A DNA stretch of 64,000 nt from an uncultured bacterium (GCA_963736115.1 CAVTNR010000005.1:1-64000), one strand, 5' to 3'. Shown: positions 1-10,891, numbered from the stretch's first letter. Notes: a model not told the origin generated them from the sequence alone. Numbers and translations are program-made.

Positions 1-1013
1 AATAAGTCCCTGAAGACGCCGATGGCCTCGTCTGTCTGGGACACGGAAACATCCAGATGAAAAACAACCCTCACTCTGTCCGGACCCGTGGCGATCACAC
101 GGACGCGTTTCTCCGCAAGCAGGCGGACCGCGTCAGCGGCTTTCATTTTCAGCATGCGGATGAAAACCATATTGGTCTGAACCGTTTCCAGGTCGATTGA
201 AAGCGCCGGGAGGTCCGAAAGCGCCCGGGCGAACCGGCCGGCAGCCGCATGATCGTCCTTCAGCCGTTCCATGTGATGATCCAGGCTGTACAGGGCAGCG
301 GCCGCGAGAACGCCCGCCTGCCGCATGCCGCCGCCCATCCGTTTGCGGTTCCGCCTGGCCCGCGAGATCAAGTCCCGGCTTCCGGCCAGCAGGGAACCGG
401 CCGGCGCGCCCAATCCCTTGGAAAAACAGACCGAAACGGAATCGAAACGCGAAGCCGTCTCTGAAACAGGCACGCCGGAGGCTGCGGAAGCGTTCCAGAG
501 ACGCGCCCCGTCCAGATGCAAGGCAAGGCCGTAACGGTCCGCGACCGATCGGATTTCGGCGATCCATTTTTCCGGCCATACCGTGCCGCCGGCGCGGTTG
601 TGCGTATTCTCGATGCAGATGAGACGGGTGACGGGATGATGCGGATTATCCGGCCGGACCGACTGTTCCACTTCAGCGGCCGTGAAAAAACCGAATTTTC
701 CGTCCAGGGGATAGAGTTGGACGCCCGAAAAAATAGCGGCCGTCCCGCATTCATAGGTGAAAATGTGGCTGTCCCGGTTCAGAATGACTTCATCTCCGGG
801 CTGGGTGTGGGTTTTTACCGCCACCTGATTGCTCATGACGCCTGAAGGCATGAACAAACCGGCTTCCAGGCCGAGCATGGCGGCGACCCTCTCCTCGAGG
901 CGGTTCACGGTCGGATCCTCGCCGAATACGTCGTCCCCTACTTCCGCCCGGCTCATCGCATCCCGCATGCCGGGTGTCGGCCGGGTGACCGTATCGCTTC
1001 TCAGATCGATCAT
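1..1013 (-). CDS. ltaE: Low-specificity L-threonine aldolase (3' end runs off the window)
   Basis: Not in the ORF track. Manual translation from ATG 1013 gives [41 protein letters not shown]; the same frame at the window edge reads [11 protein letters not shown], typical of the family C-terminus. Confidence 0.92.
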   Translation of the reverse strand, partial: MIDLRSDTVTRPTPGMRDAMSRAEVGDDVFGEDPTVNRLEERVAAMLGLEAGLFMPSGVMSNQVAVKTHTQPGDEVILNRDSHIFTYECGTAAIFSGVQLYPLDGKFGFFTAAEVEQSVRPDNPHHPVTRLICIENTHNRAGGTVWPEKWIAEIRSVADRYGLALHLDGARLWNASAASGVPVSETASRFDSVSVCFSKGLGAPAGSLLAGSRDLISRARRNRKRMGGGMRQAGVLAAAALYSLDHHMERLKDDHAAAGRFARALSDLPALSIDLETVQTNMVFIRMLKMKAADAVRLLAEKRVRVIATGPDRVRVVFHLDVSVSQTDEAIGVFRDL

Positions 1014-1083
1014 CGCCTCTCTCCCATATAACATAAAAATATGGATTTCAGCGGTAAAAAACAAGCGGAAACATACGAAAAAA

Positions 1084-1186
1084 TAGTTCATAGTTCATAG
1101 TTCATTGTTCATAGTTGAAGACGGAATATATCAAGATTATGCAAGGATTCTTTTGCTATGAACTATGAACCATGAACTATAAACTG
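1084..1186. repeat. Inverted heptamer arrays (TAGTTCA)x5 ... (TGAACTA)x4 around an AT-rich spacer
   Basis: Units read directly at 1084-1118 and about 1154-1186; same architecture at 12846-12954 and 63783-63930. Confidence 0.9.
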
Positions 1187-1195
1187 TTCTTATCC

Positions 1196-1224
1196 TTGAC
1201 ATTAGCCCCTGCGTTCACTACATT
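1196..1224 (+). promoter_or_regulatory. Sigma70-type promoter for the MBL hydrolase gene
   Basis: TTGACA (1196-1201), 17 nt spacer, TACATT (1219-1224). Confidence 0.65.
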
Positions 1225-1292
1225 GGCCTACATGCGCGGTCCGGAACCGGCCGGTGCCGGATCGCAAAAATCCGAGTTCCCGAGGAGAATCA

Positions 1293-2689
1293 ATGGACAT
1301 TCGATTTCACAATGCGGTCAGGGAAGTCACGGGCACCATGCATCTGCTCACAGTGGCGGGCAAACGGATCCTTCTGGATTGCGGTCTCTCCCAGGGCAGA
1401 CGCGCCGAATCGGACCTGAAAAACCGGAATTTTCCATTCGATCCCGCGTCCATCGATGCCGTGATTCTCTCCCACGCCCATATCGACCACAGCGGCAACA
1501 TCCCCCAGCTTGTGAAGCAGGGCTACTTGGGGCCGATCTACAGCACGCATGCGACTCACGACCTGGCCAATATCATGCTCCGCGATTCGGCGCACATACA
1601 GAAAAAAGATACGGAATTTCTCAATAAGCGCGCCCGCAAGGGCGGTCCCCCCCCCTTCCTCCGCTCTACACCATGCAGGACGCTGAGAAATCCCTGCGTC
1701 AGTTCGTGGGCATGGGATACGAACGGACCTTCCTTGTGACGCCCGAGGTCCGCGCGACTTTCTTCGACGCCGGGCACATCCTCGGATCCTCGATCGTGCA
1801 GATCGATGCCAGCGAAAACGGGCGTCCGTCCCGCATCGTTTTCACGGGCGATCTGGGCCGCGCGAAACTGCCTCTGCTCCGGGATCCCGTCCGTCTCGTC
1901 GAAGCGGACGTGTTCATCACGGAATCCACGTACGGAAACAAGATTCACGATGACATTCTGGACATGAAGGAGGAACTGCGGGATGTGGTGAAGCGGACCA
2001 TGGACCGGGGAGGAAAAATCATAGTACCCTCGTTCTCGGTCGGCCGCACTCAGGAAATGGTTTACTTTCTGCATATGCTGATCAATGAAGGCGCGCTTCC
2101 GGAACTGCCGATTTTTGTGGACAGCCCGCTGTCCATCAGCGCCACCGAGGTGTTCCGCATGCACGCGGAGCTCTTCGACGAGGAAACCCAGGAGGCTTTT
2201 CTCGATCGTCATGAGGATCCCTTCGGATTCCGCCGGCTCCGGTACGTCCAGTCCGCTGAGGAATCGAAAACCCTGAACAGCCTCCGCGAACCGTGCGTCA
2301 TTATTTCGGCTGCCGGCATGTGCGAAACAGGCCGCATTCTCCATCATCTTGCCAACAATGTGTCCGACCCGAAGAACACCGTGCTCGTCGTCAGTTTCAT
2401 GGCCGCCAACACGCTCGGCCGCCGCATCGTGGAACGTCAGCCCGTTCTGAAAATACTCGGGGAAGCATACCCGTTGCGCGCCGAAGTGGCCATTCTGAAC
2501 GGATTCAGCGCGCACGCGGACCGGAACGCGCTTCTGGAATACGCCGGCGGACTGAACCGGGCCCGGCTCAGACAGGTGTTCGTCGTGCACGGCGAAACAC
2601 CGCAGTCCGAAGCCCTTGTCTCAGGTCTGCAGGACCAGGGGATCAAGGACGTCCTGATTCCTGAGGAAGGGAAGGCGTATACGCTCTGA
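1293..2689 (+). CDS. MBL-fold metallo-hydrolase, beta-CASP/RNA-processing type; frameshift in C9 tract at 1647-1655
   Basis: LSHAHIDHSG motif, AGHILGS, ESTYG and FSAHAD. ORFs 1254-1739 and 1673-2689 join if one C is added (GGPPPLPPLYTMQD). RBS GAGGAG before ATG 1293. Confidence 0.88.
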
Positions 2690-2713
2690 TCGTGAACGGA
2701 AGGATTGCATGGT

Positions 2714-2811
2714 AAAAAACGCTCCGGGAGGTTTCAAACCTCCCGGAGCGTTTACGTAACGGTCAAGAAAAAACCTCCCGCGGGTCTTCACAAATCCGCG
2801 GGAGGTTTTTT
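2714..2811. terminator. Two tandem hairpins (bidirectional terminator or REP-like) between convergent genes
   Basis: AAACGCTCCGGGAGGTTT-C-AAACCTCCCGGAGCGTTT and AAAAAACCTCCCGCGG...CCGCGGGAGGTTTTTT; a related hairpin lies at 17301-17337. Confidence 0.75.
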
Positions 2812-2839
2812 CTTTTCCGTGATGATTCTTCCTTTTCCG

Positions 2840-3688
2840 CTACCGGCCCTCGGACATGCGCCTGTACACTTCCGCATGGCTGGAATCCGCGGCTGCCAGC
2901 CGGATCAGGGCTTCCGGATCGTTCCGGAACAGTTCGGCGATGCTCATGTGGTGCGCGTTCATAAAATCCTTCGTTTCCTTGTGCTCGACATCCCGCTTCC
3001 GCACGGATTCCAGCAGAGTCAGACCCTCGAGCCCGAGCCGGACGGCCGAGGTGTCCGCCTGCGAGGCTGCGTCGAATGCCGCGAAAAAGCAGTACTTGCT
3101 CTTCCGGAACGGCTGGGCGTCCAGGCCCATCAGGGACTGAAGCAGTTTGCCCCGCTCGTCCCATCCCCAGATGAAGGTCGAGTTGAACCGGGCCTGGTCG
3201 TAAACCGCCTTGGCTTTTTCATACCAGGGACTGCCGCCCAAGGGCGCGTATTTGTCGTATTCGCCCGCGATGACGATATAGATGTAGAAATTAATGAACC
3301 CGGTGAACGGCTCGTACAGGTTCACGTCGTGGACGAGCCGGTCCCCCGCCATGTACGGAAACTTCCAGTACTTGTCGTAGAACTGCAGGTCCGACATGTT
3401 CGAGATGAGGCAGATGCCCGCATAGCGATCCTCGAAACTGACGCTCACATCCTGCAGATAGATCTGAAGGTTCAGCGGGAGTTCCCAACTCGTGTCGCCC
3501 GTCCAGTCCGCGTCGGACAGATAGGTCGCGAGAGCCGATTCGAAATCCGTCAGCCGTTTCTGCTTTTCGAGGGGCAGGCGTTCGAGAATCAGCTTGACCT
3601 GCGGGACGAGTTTCTGCGCCTCCAGCCGCGGCGTGGCCGCAAGCAGGACAGACAGAATGAAGGTTCGAGTGAAACCGCGTCGCATCAT
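2840..3688 (-). CDS. DUF4835 family (PorD-like) exported protein
   Basis: Signal peptide; FYIYIVIAGEYDKYAPLGGSPWYEKAK resembles the conserved DUF4835 block. Confidence 0.7.
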   Translation of the reverse strand: MMRRGFTRTFILSVLLAATPRLEAQKLVPQVKLILERLPLEKQKRLTDFESALATYLSDADWTGDTSWELPLNLQIYLQDVSVSFEDRYAGICLISNMSDLQFYDKYWKFPYMAGDRLVHDVNLYEPFTGFINFYIYIVIAGEYDKYAPLGGSPWYEKAKAVYDQARFNSTFIWGWDERGKLLQSLMGLDAQPFRKSKYCFFAAFDAASQADTSAVRLGLEGLTLLESVRKRDVEHKETKDFMNAHHMSIAELFRNDPEALIRLAAADSSHAEVYRRMSEGR

Positions 3689-3715
3689 TTCCTCCTCATG
3701 GGCGATTTGTATGAA

Positions 3716-3791
3716 AATATAGGATTTTTGGGCAGATTGTCAAGGCATTCCTCTGTTTCGGCCTTGACATTCAACTGAAAAATGGTATATT
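3716..3791. promoter_or_regulatory. Back-to-back divergent sigma70 promoters
   Basis: Minus strand: TTGACA (3743-3738)...TATATT (3721-3716). Plus strand: TTGACA (3764-3769)...TGnTATATT (3783-3791). Confidence 0.6.
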
Positions 3792-3921
3792 CTCCTTCAT
3801 CCGCTGACGCGCCGCCGGCCCGGCGGCCGTCCGCGGCTGTCACACCAAACGAAACGCCCGCAGAACCGCATCCAGGACCGCTTCGGAGAACCTCTCTCCC
3901 GGGTTTGTGAAGGAGAGTCCG

Positions 3922-4833
3922 ATGCGGATCGACCCTGCCCCTGCAATCCCCCCGCCCCTTGCTTGTGAAGGATCCGGACAAAACCGGTCGCATCCCGATT
4001 TCCGGACGCGTCTTCCGCGCCGTATCCTGCTCATCGCCATTCATGTTTTCTGCATGAACACAATCGGCCGGCCCGCATTCGACGGGCCGCTTCCGGGCGC
4101 GGGTTCCGCGGGAAACGGCGGCGTGCGCATGGCGTCCATAGGGCCTGAGGCCGTGTTCACAGATCCCTGCGGAATCGGGGACGCAGCGACGCCGACATTC
4201 GGGTGTTCCTTCACGCTCCCTTACGGCATCCGGGAACTGGGCGTGGCCGCGGCTTCCCTGGTCCTGCCGACACAGCTGGGCCGCATCGGAGCAGGCTGTC
4301 AGTCAACGGGCGGCGCCGCCTACCGCGAAACCGCGGCCTGCATCGCCTGGTCGGGAACCGACAGGCAGGGGAACCGGTTCGCGATCCGCATCCGTCTATT
4401 ATACCTCGCAATACCCCGTTACGGTTCCTGGACGGGCGCGGCCGCGGACTGTTCCCTGCGTCTGCGGCTCGATGAGGCCTGGTCCTTCGGCGGCTCGATC
4501 GATGATGTGAATGGCGCGTCTCCGGACCGCCGCGGTCCGGCCGGCCTGGGCCTGAACGCCGGTCTCCGGTTCGAACCCGGGCCGGGCTGGCGCCTGTTCG
4601 CCGAGGCCGGCCAGGCGGAAGGCCGTTCCAGGGAATGGCGGTTCGGCGCGGAAGCCGCGGTCATTTCATGCATCGTCCTGCGGGGCGGATGGACGCGCGG
4701 TCCATCCACAGCGTCATTCGGAGCCGGTTTTCGTTTCCGGAAGCTGGAAGCGGATTACGCATGCTCGGTGCATCCGGTGCTGGGCCTCACGCACCGGACG
4801 GACATCACGATCCCCGCCCGGTCGGGCCGGTAG
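3922..4833 (+). CDS. Outer-membrane beta-barrel protein, PorV/PorQ-like
   Basis: Alternating beta-strand pattern; C-terminal LRGGW...SFGAGF...DYA...HPVLGLTHR typical of this family; AGGAG RBS. Confidence 0.6.
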   Translation: MRIDPAPAIPPPLACEGSGQNRSHPDFRTRLPRRILLIAIHVFCMNTIGRPAFDGPLPGAGSAGNGGVRMASIGPEAVFTDPCGIGDAATPTFGCSFTLPYGIRELGVAAASLVLPTQLGRIGAGCQSTGGAAYRETAACIAWSGTDRQGNRFAIRIRLLYLAIPRYGSWTGAAADCSLRLRLDEAWSFGGSIDDVNGASPDRRGPAGLGLNAGLRFEPGPGWRLFAEAGQAEGRSREWRFGAEAAVISCIVLRGGWTRGPSTASFGAGFRFRKLEADYACSVHPVLGLTHRTDITIPARSGR

Positions 4834-4840
4834 GCTGTGT

Positions 4841-6810
4841 ATGAGAAGCCTCTTTCGATTCGCGGTCGTCGCGGCTGTCTTGCCGGCGGCATTTCTGGCG
4901 ACGCGGCTCAACGGCCAAACCGATTATGAGGAAAAGGTCATGGATGGTTCGGACGGAGACGGCGCCACGGCAGCGGCCGCGTGGGAAAGACTGGACGGAT
5001 GGCGGAATCATCCGCTCGATCTCAACCGGGCCGAACCGGATGAACTGCGGCTCCTTCCCTTTTTCACTCCAGGGCTCGCCGAAGCGGCGGTCCGCGAACG
5101 CAACAGGTCCGGACCGTTCCGGGACAAGCGGGATTTCATCGAAAGGCTTGCATTGGATCATGTCATTGCAGAGGCCATCGCCCCTTATGTCACAGCCGCG
5201 CCCATAGTGCGGGGCGCCGGCCGCAGGACAAAGTCGGTCCGGGTATCCGGTCGTCGGGGATTTCCGGAACCGGCGGGTTTCAGGGACGGCCGGTATGCCG
5301 GGTCCTCTCCGCATGTTCTCGCGAAAGCAGAGACCCGGAGCCGCGGCGGACCGTCCGCGGGCATTGTGACGGAAAAGGATCCGGGTGAAAAACGCTGGAC
5401 CGACCGCCTGTCCGGATACGCCGCGTTTCCCGCGTCAGCCGGCCGGCTTCGTTTCACAGCCGGGAGTTTCGAAACCGAGGCCGCTCAGGGTCTGGTGCTA
5501 TGGGGACCCTACGCCTCCATGCCGTCAGGCGATCCGGTTGGATCCGTCTGCCGCACCGCGGCCGGCGTGTCCGGATCCGCGTCTTCGGGCGAAAGCGGAC
5601 GGTTCTCCGGATGCGGGGCTGAATGGGAAAGCGGCCCGTGGAACGCGATTCTGCTCGGCTCACGCTCGGCCGTCGACGCTTCCGTGGACGGATCCGGGAC
5701 AGTCACCGCCTTCCGGACTTCGGGACTGCATCGGACCGAGTCTGAAATCCGGGGACGCGGCGCATGCCGGCTGAACGAAGCGGCCGGCCGTATGTCGGTC
5801 CGCTCCGGCGGATTTTCCGCCGGCGGCACATGGTGCCTCACACATTACAGCCGGGCGGTGAATCTGCTGGACGAGGAGCGCCGGCCGTATGGATTCCGCG
5901 GGAGGCAAAATGCGGTGTGGGGTCTGGACTGGGACCTGTCCGGCCGGCTCTTCCGTTTCTGCGGCGAATGGGCCCGCAGCCGGGGAGGCGGCGCGGGCTT
6001 CATCACGTCGCTCGCGGTCCAATCCGGCGGAACCTCACTTTGTCTTTCCGGCCGTAAAACGGCCGCGGACTTCCACAGTGTCCGCGGGAACGGATACGGG
6101 GCCGCATCGAATGAAATCGGCTGGTACGTGGGATTCAAAACCGCGCTTTCGAAAAACATGGACGTGTCCGGTTACGCGGACCTGGCCCGTCACCCGGTCC
6201 GGACATGGCTCTCCCCCTCCCCTCGACTGAATCCACGGTCGTGGTGTATGCGGAGCGGAAACTGGGTTCGAAAACCGCGCTCCGGGCCCGTCTCCGTTTC
6301 AGAGACGGGCAGGATACGGAAGCCCCGGCTGATCCGGCGACCGCGACGGACCCCGGCGCTTTCCGTTCCGTCCGCCTCGACCTGGACAGTCGGACCGGCC
6401 ATGGATTCCGTGTCCGGTGCAGGGCCGAGTCCACAGCCGGTTGCGGGAAAGACGGAACACAGGTTGGCCGGGAGCGCGGCAGCGCGCTTTCCGAGGAAAT
6501 CCGCTGGGATCCGCGGCCGGATCTTTCCGTTTCCGCGGGACTCATTCTGTTCGATACGGATTCATGGGACACGCGCATCGTGGTCACGGAAAGCGACTGG
6601 CCGGGCTCATTCTCCATGATCCCGCTTTACCGGAAAGGGCGGCGGTGGTCGGTCCGCGTACGCGGCGCGTCATTCTCCGGCGCATCCGTCACTTTCAAAC
6701 TGTCCAGAATCGTTTATGCGATAGGCGCCGCCCGGGGCAGCGGGGCGGAACGCATGGACGGAAATTCGGAATGGGATGCGGGAGCGCAGATCGAGTGGAG
6801 GATAAAATAA
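4841..6810 (+). CDS. Helix-hairpin-helix (ComEA-like) domain outer-membrane protein; frameshift in C5 tract at about 6213-6217
   Basis: PLDLNRAEPDELRLLP HhH motif and EKDPGEK block. ORFs 4841-6619 and 6205-6810 join with one extra C (RTWLSPLPSTES). Ends in barrel-like QIEWRIK. Confidence 0.75.
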
Positions 6811-6834
6811 AACCGTCCCGGAACCGGGACGGTT
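6811..6834 (+). terminator. Hairpin after the HhH gene
   Basis: AACCGTCCCGG-AA-CCGGGACGGTT. Confidence 0.5.
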
Positions 6835-6994
6835 GAATGACAGCGACAGGATCGGTCGGATCGGACCGGGTTGCACGGCCGGTTGAGGCGTCCTGAATGC
6901 ATGGCGGCAGGCGGCATGCCGGCTTGCCGGGAACCCGCGGCCGGCATGGATCCGGGACGTTTTTAAATGCCGCACCTTTCGGAGCGGCCCGTTT

Positions 6995-7126
6995 TCAGAA
7001 CTCTTCCTGCGTACTTCTGCGCCGCGTATTTTTCACGACCTTACGGCCGATCAGAATAGCGGTAATGGCGAGTGCGAGTCCGATCAGGACTTTCAGAAAA
7101 CCCTTACTGTTGCTCGATCCGGACAT
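6995..7126 (-). CDS. Small single-pass membrane protein (43 aa)
   Basis: MSGSSNSKGFLKVLIGLALAITAILIGRKVVKNTRRRSTQEEF*; GGAGG RBS 9 nt upstream; hairpin downstream; below the ORF-track size cutoff. Confidence 0.7.
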   Translation of the reverse strand: MSGSSNSKGFLKVLIGLALAITAILIGRKVVKNTRRRSTQEEF

Positions 7127-7357
7127 GTATGATAACCTCCGTTTTGCATGTTTAGGATACAGTTCTTCAAGAAATAACGTACAAATTTCACGCCATAAAA
7201 AAGGCCGTTTTTCAGGCTGATTTCATCTCTAAAACCAGCATAATGAACCCCCCTGTGGCCGCTTTGGTTCCGGACCTGCACTGAAACCGGGCAGGCAGGC
7301 CTCCCGAAGACGGGGCCTTCGGCCTTCCGGATGCCCGCCCCCGGCCGTCCGCCCGGA

Positions 7358-7649
7358 TCAGCGGAACAGCCTCTCGAATCCGTCATACGGCGTGAGCGGA
7401 ATCAGACGAAACCGGATTCTTTTTTCGCGGACCAGCGGCAGTCCGGAAAGGATCTGTTCCGCTTCTTTCTCGTTCGCGCATTCGAGTTCCAGCACGGCCC
7501 GCCTGCACATCCGCGCGGAAATGAATCTGGCGGATCACACCCGACCTGTATAGCTCCCAGACGCAGCCCGCCTCTTCTTTCAGGAGTCCGTCCGGAACAG
7601 CTGATTCGGACGCTCCCGGTATTTCCTCCTCCAGCGCGAGGATCTTCAT
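7358..7649 (-). CDS. Muconolactone isomerase/YciI-like small protein; frameshift near 7499
   Basis: MKILALEEE...VWELYRSGVIRQIHFRAD continues as AVLELECANEKEAEQILSGLPLV...IPLTPYDGFERLFR* if one G is removed; GGAGG RBS. Confidence 0.7.
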
Positions 7650-7776
7650 TTGTGAGTCCTCCATTCTCGTATGGTCCGGATGGACCGGATGCGCTGCCGT
7701 TTCAGCATTTGGATCCATACGCGGCCTCCCGATGACGGGGCCTTCCTGCGAGTGCGGATTCGGCCTTCGAGTGGTC

Positions 7777-10700
7777 TCACTTGCCCCCGGCGTACAGCTT
7801 GTACAGAGCGGGCACCACGATCAAAGTCAGGGAGGTCGAGGTCAGCAGTCCGCCGATAATCGTCCACCCCATGGGCGCCCAGAAGGAGCCGCCGGTCAGG
7901 GTCAGCGGCAGAAGCCCGCCGACCGTTGTGCCGGCGGTGAGCAGAATCGGCACGAATCGCCTTTCCCCCGCGGCCTGCAGGGCACCGCCGACCGGCATGC
8001 CTTCCGCCCGGAGTGTATTGGTGTAATCCACGAGCAGAATGGAATTTTTCACGACAATTCCCACCAGACTGGTGAGCCCGATGAAGGCCGAAAATGAGAA
8101 CGAATAACCGGTGATCAGGAGCGTGAGCACCGATCCGATCACGGCCAGGGGAAGCGCCGAGAAAATGATCAGGGGCTGGACGAAGGACTTGAACTGGAAC
8201 ACGAGCACGGCGAACACGCCGAACATCGCGGCCAGCACGGCTTTTTCCATCCCGCCGAAAGCCTCCTCCCGGCTCTCGATCTCGCCGCCCATCTCATACC
8301 GATAACCCTTCGGCCAGGGATACGCCTTCAGCTGTTTCATGATCCGCTTGGTCACCTTGTCCACCGAGGCGCCGCCGGCCACATCCGCGGTGACGGACGC
8401 GCACCGCTCCAGGCTGCGATGTCGGATCGCCAGCGGGCTGGCCGTCATTTCAACGGTTGCGAGCTGTCGCAGGGGAACCGGCGCGCCGGAGAGGGACGTC
8501 ACCATGATCCGGTCAAAATCCGAATAGGACGGCATGCCGGTCCGCGGCAGACGGACTGTGACGTCGTACCCCTTGCCTTTTACGTCCCGGTACCGGGTCA
8601 CCGGTATGCCCGCCAAGCCGGCCCGAACCGTCCGCTGAATCTCGGTGACCGGCACGCCGAGACCGCCCGCCTTGTTCCGGTTGATCCGGACCTGCAGGTC
8701 GCTTTTCACGGACGCGAGCGGATTGTTCACGTTCACCGCATCCGGGTCGGAGCGGAGAATGGCTTCCACGTCACGGCTGAGGGCTTCGAGGGTTTCAAGC
8801 CTGTCTCCGACGACCCGCACCGCGACCGGCGCTTCGATCGGATGCCCCTGCTCCAGTTCCTTCACTTCGACGCGGCCGCCGGTGAACGCGGCATACTTGC
8901 GTCGGAGCTGTGTGACGAACCGCTCCATTCCGGCCGGCGTGTACTCGGTCAGCTCCACAAACAGCTGGGCATGCGAGCTCTTCTGGCGCTCGGGGAATAC
9001 GTTGTAGTAGAGGCGGGGATTCCCGTGGCCCACGTTCGCCGTTACGTTCCGGACCTCGGGCATGGACATCAGATCGCGCTCGATTTCACGCGCCGCCGCG
9101 TCGGTCCGGCTCAGCGCGGTGCCCGCGGGCATCTCGATGTTCACGAAGAGCTGGGGCTTCTCCGCCTTCGGGAAAAGGCTGAATCCGACCAGGGGGAAAA
9201 CCGCCAGGCTGACACAGAAGGCCGCGGCCGCGATGCCGACTGTGCGGAGCGGCCTGGCCAGGCATTTTGCCAGGCCGCCGCGATACCGGGTCTCGATGAA
9301 ACGATCCAGCCGGCGGCGGGCCGCGGTGACGCGGCTCTCCCGGTTCAGATCGAGAAAACGGGCGCTGAGGTTCGGCGTGACGGACAGCGAAACCAGCAGG
9401 GACACCGTCAGCGTGTAGATCACGGTGAGCGGCATGGACCGGATGAAGTCTCCGGTGACGTTCCGCATCAGGACGATGGGCATGAAGGCCAGCAGGGTCG
9501 TGATCGTGGCCGTGGTCACCGCGCCCGCGACCTGCCCGGTTCCGAGGATGGCGGCTTCGCGGGCGGGCTTCCCGCTCCGGGCGAAACGCGAGATGCTGTC
9601 CGTGACGACGATGGCGTCGTCAACGAGCATGCCGAGCGCGATGACGAGCCCGGCGATGGAAATCTGCTGAAGGCCGTAACCGGTCCAGTCGAGGATCAGA
9701 ATGCCCGCGACGCACGACAACGGAATGGCCAGCATCACGATCAGGGACGAGCGGCCGCTCTCGGCCAGCAGAAGAACCAGTCCCACGAGAAATATCCCTT
9801 CCAGCAGGTTCCGCAGAAAGCCGTTGACCCGCTCCTTCACGCTGACGGACTGGTCGAACACGGTCTCGAGCCGCATGCCGGCCGGCAGCCGGCTTCGCGA
9901 CTCCTCGATGACGTCCCGGAGCCTGTCAAAAATCCGGTAGATGTTGGTATCGTCCTTCTGATTGGCCGTGATGAACACGGCGCGCCGGCCGTTGGCGCGG
10001 CCGAGATGGTCCGGGTCCGCGTGACCCCACGCCACATCGGCCACGTCGCGCAGCCGGATCACCTTGCCCGCGGCTGAGTGGACCGGTGTCATGCGGATGT
10101 CCTCGAGGCTCCGGAACGCGCTGACGGCCTTGACGGAAAAACGCCGCGAGCCCATCTCCACCAGACCGCCGGGAATGTTCGTGTTCGCGTCCTGAAGGGC
10201 GGCCATGACCTGGGTCAGGGGGACGCGCAGCCGGGCGAGACGGCCCAGGTCGATCGAAACCAGCACCTGCCGCTCGGGCAGGGCCCACAGGGCCGTGCTC
10301 CGGATGCCCGGCACGCGCTCGATGCGCTTCTGAACGGCCTCGGCCTCGGTTTCAAGCTCCGCCACGGACGCCGAGTCGCTGATCAGCGCGAGCTGAAGCA
10401 CATACACATCCGAAATCGACCACTTCACGATTTCGAGGTCCAGTATATTTTCCGGAAGCGTGCCGCGGATGGCGTTGACCTTCTGCGTCACGTCCGCATA
10501 TTTCTTGTCCGGGTCGCTGCCGGATTCGAACTCGATGTCCACGATGGCCAGCCCGTCGGACGCCTCCGCCTCGAGCGTCTTGATGTCCTCGAGCTGATTG
10601 AGGACCTTTTCGATCGGCTCGACGAGAAGTTCCTCCATGTCGGCCGGCGAACCGCCGGGATAGATGGCGACCACCGAAGCGCCCGCCGGCTTGACCGCCG

Positions 10701-10812
10701 GATCCTCGGACCGGGGCATGGTGACAAAGCTGAATCCCCCGAGCGCGACCGTGAGAAGGGTCAGGATCCAGATGAACTGGGGGTTGCGGACGGAAAATTT
10801 CGCGAGGTTCAT
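7777..10812 (-). CDS. RND efflux permease (AcrB/AcrD/AcrF family)
   Basis: 1011 aa; GMLVDDAIVV and GIVVKNSILLVD motifs; RFVPILLT. Confidence 0.95.
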   Translation of the reverse strand: MNLAKFSVRNPQFIWILTLLTVALGGFSFVTMPRSEDPAVKPAGASVVAIYPGGSPADMEELLVEPIEKVLNQLEDIKTLEAEASDGLAIVDIEFESGSDPDKKYADVTQKVNAIRGTLPENILDLEIVKWSISDVYVLQLALISDSASVAELETEAEAVQKRIERVPGIRSTALWALPERQVLVSIDLGRLARLRVPLTQVMAALQDANTNIPGGLVEMGSRRFSVKAVSAFRSLEDIRMTPVHSAAGKVIRLRDVADVAWGHADPDHLGRANGRRAVFITANQKDDTNIYRIFDRLRDVIEESRSRLPAGMRLETVFDQSVSVKERVNGFLRNLLEGIFLVGLVLLLAESGRSSLIVMLAIPLSCVAGILILDWTGYGLQQISIAGLVIALGMLVDDAIVVTDSISRFARSGKPAREAAILGTGQVAGAVTTATITTLLAFMPIVLMRNVTGDFIRSMPLTVIYTLTVSLLVSLSVTPNLSARFLDLNRESRVTAARRRLDRFIETRYRGGLAKCLARPLRTVGIAAAAFCVSLAVFPLVGFSLFPKAEKPQLFVNIEMPAGTALSRTDAAAREIERDLMSMPEVRNVTANVGHGNPRLYYNVFPERQKSSHAQLFVELTEYTPAGMERFVTQLRRKYAAFTGGRVEVKELEQGHPIEAPVAVRVVGDRLETLEALSRDVEAILRSDPDAVNVNNPLASVKSDLQVRINRNKAGGLGVPVTEIQRTVRAGLAGIPVTRYRDVKGKGYDVTVRLPRTGMPSYSDFDRIMVTSLSGAPVPLRQLATVEMTASPLAIRHRSLERCASVTADVAGGASVDKVTKRIMKQLKAYPWPKGYRYEMGGEIESREEAFGGMEKAVLAAMFGVFAVLVFQFKSFVQPLIIFSALPLAVIGSVLTLLITGYSFSFSAFIGLTSLVGIVVKNSILLVDYTNTLRAEGMPVGGALQAAGERRFVPILLTAGTTVGGLLPLTLTGGSFWAPMGWTIIGGLLTSTSLTLIVVPALYKLYAGGK

Positions 10813-10891
10813 GAACGAATCCGGTTGAATAGAGTGGCGGGACGGATAATCCCGTTCCCGGTTCGGGAGCGCGTTGTTCGCGGATGCGCGT

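Noticed and set aside
1084-1186. Heptamer arrays as a CRISPR array
   Set aside because: Units are 7 nt with no unique spacers between them, and there are no cas genes in the window.
3790-3916. Structured RNA or riboswitch (TCTCCTTCA pairing with TGAAGGAGA; partial glycine-riboswitch or hammerhead-like words)
   Set aside because: The 5' arm overlaps the predicted -10/start site, so it would mostly not be transcribed; core motifs are incomplete.
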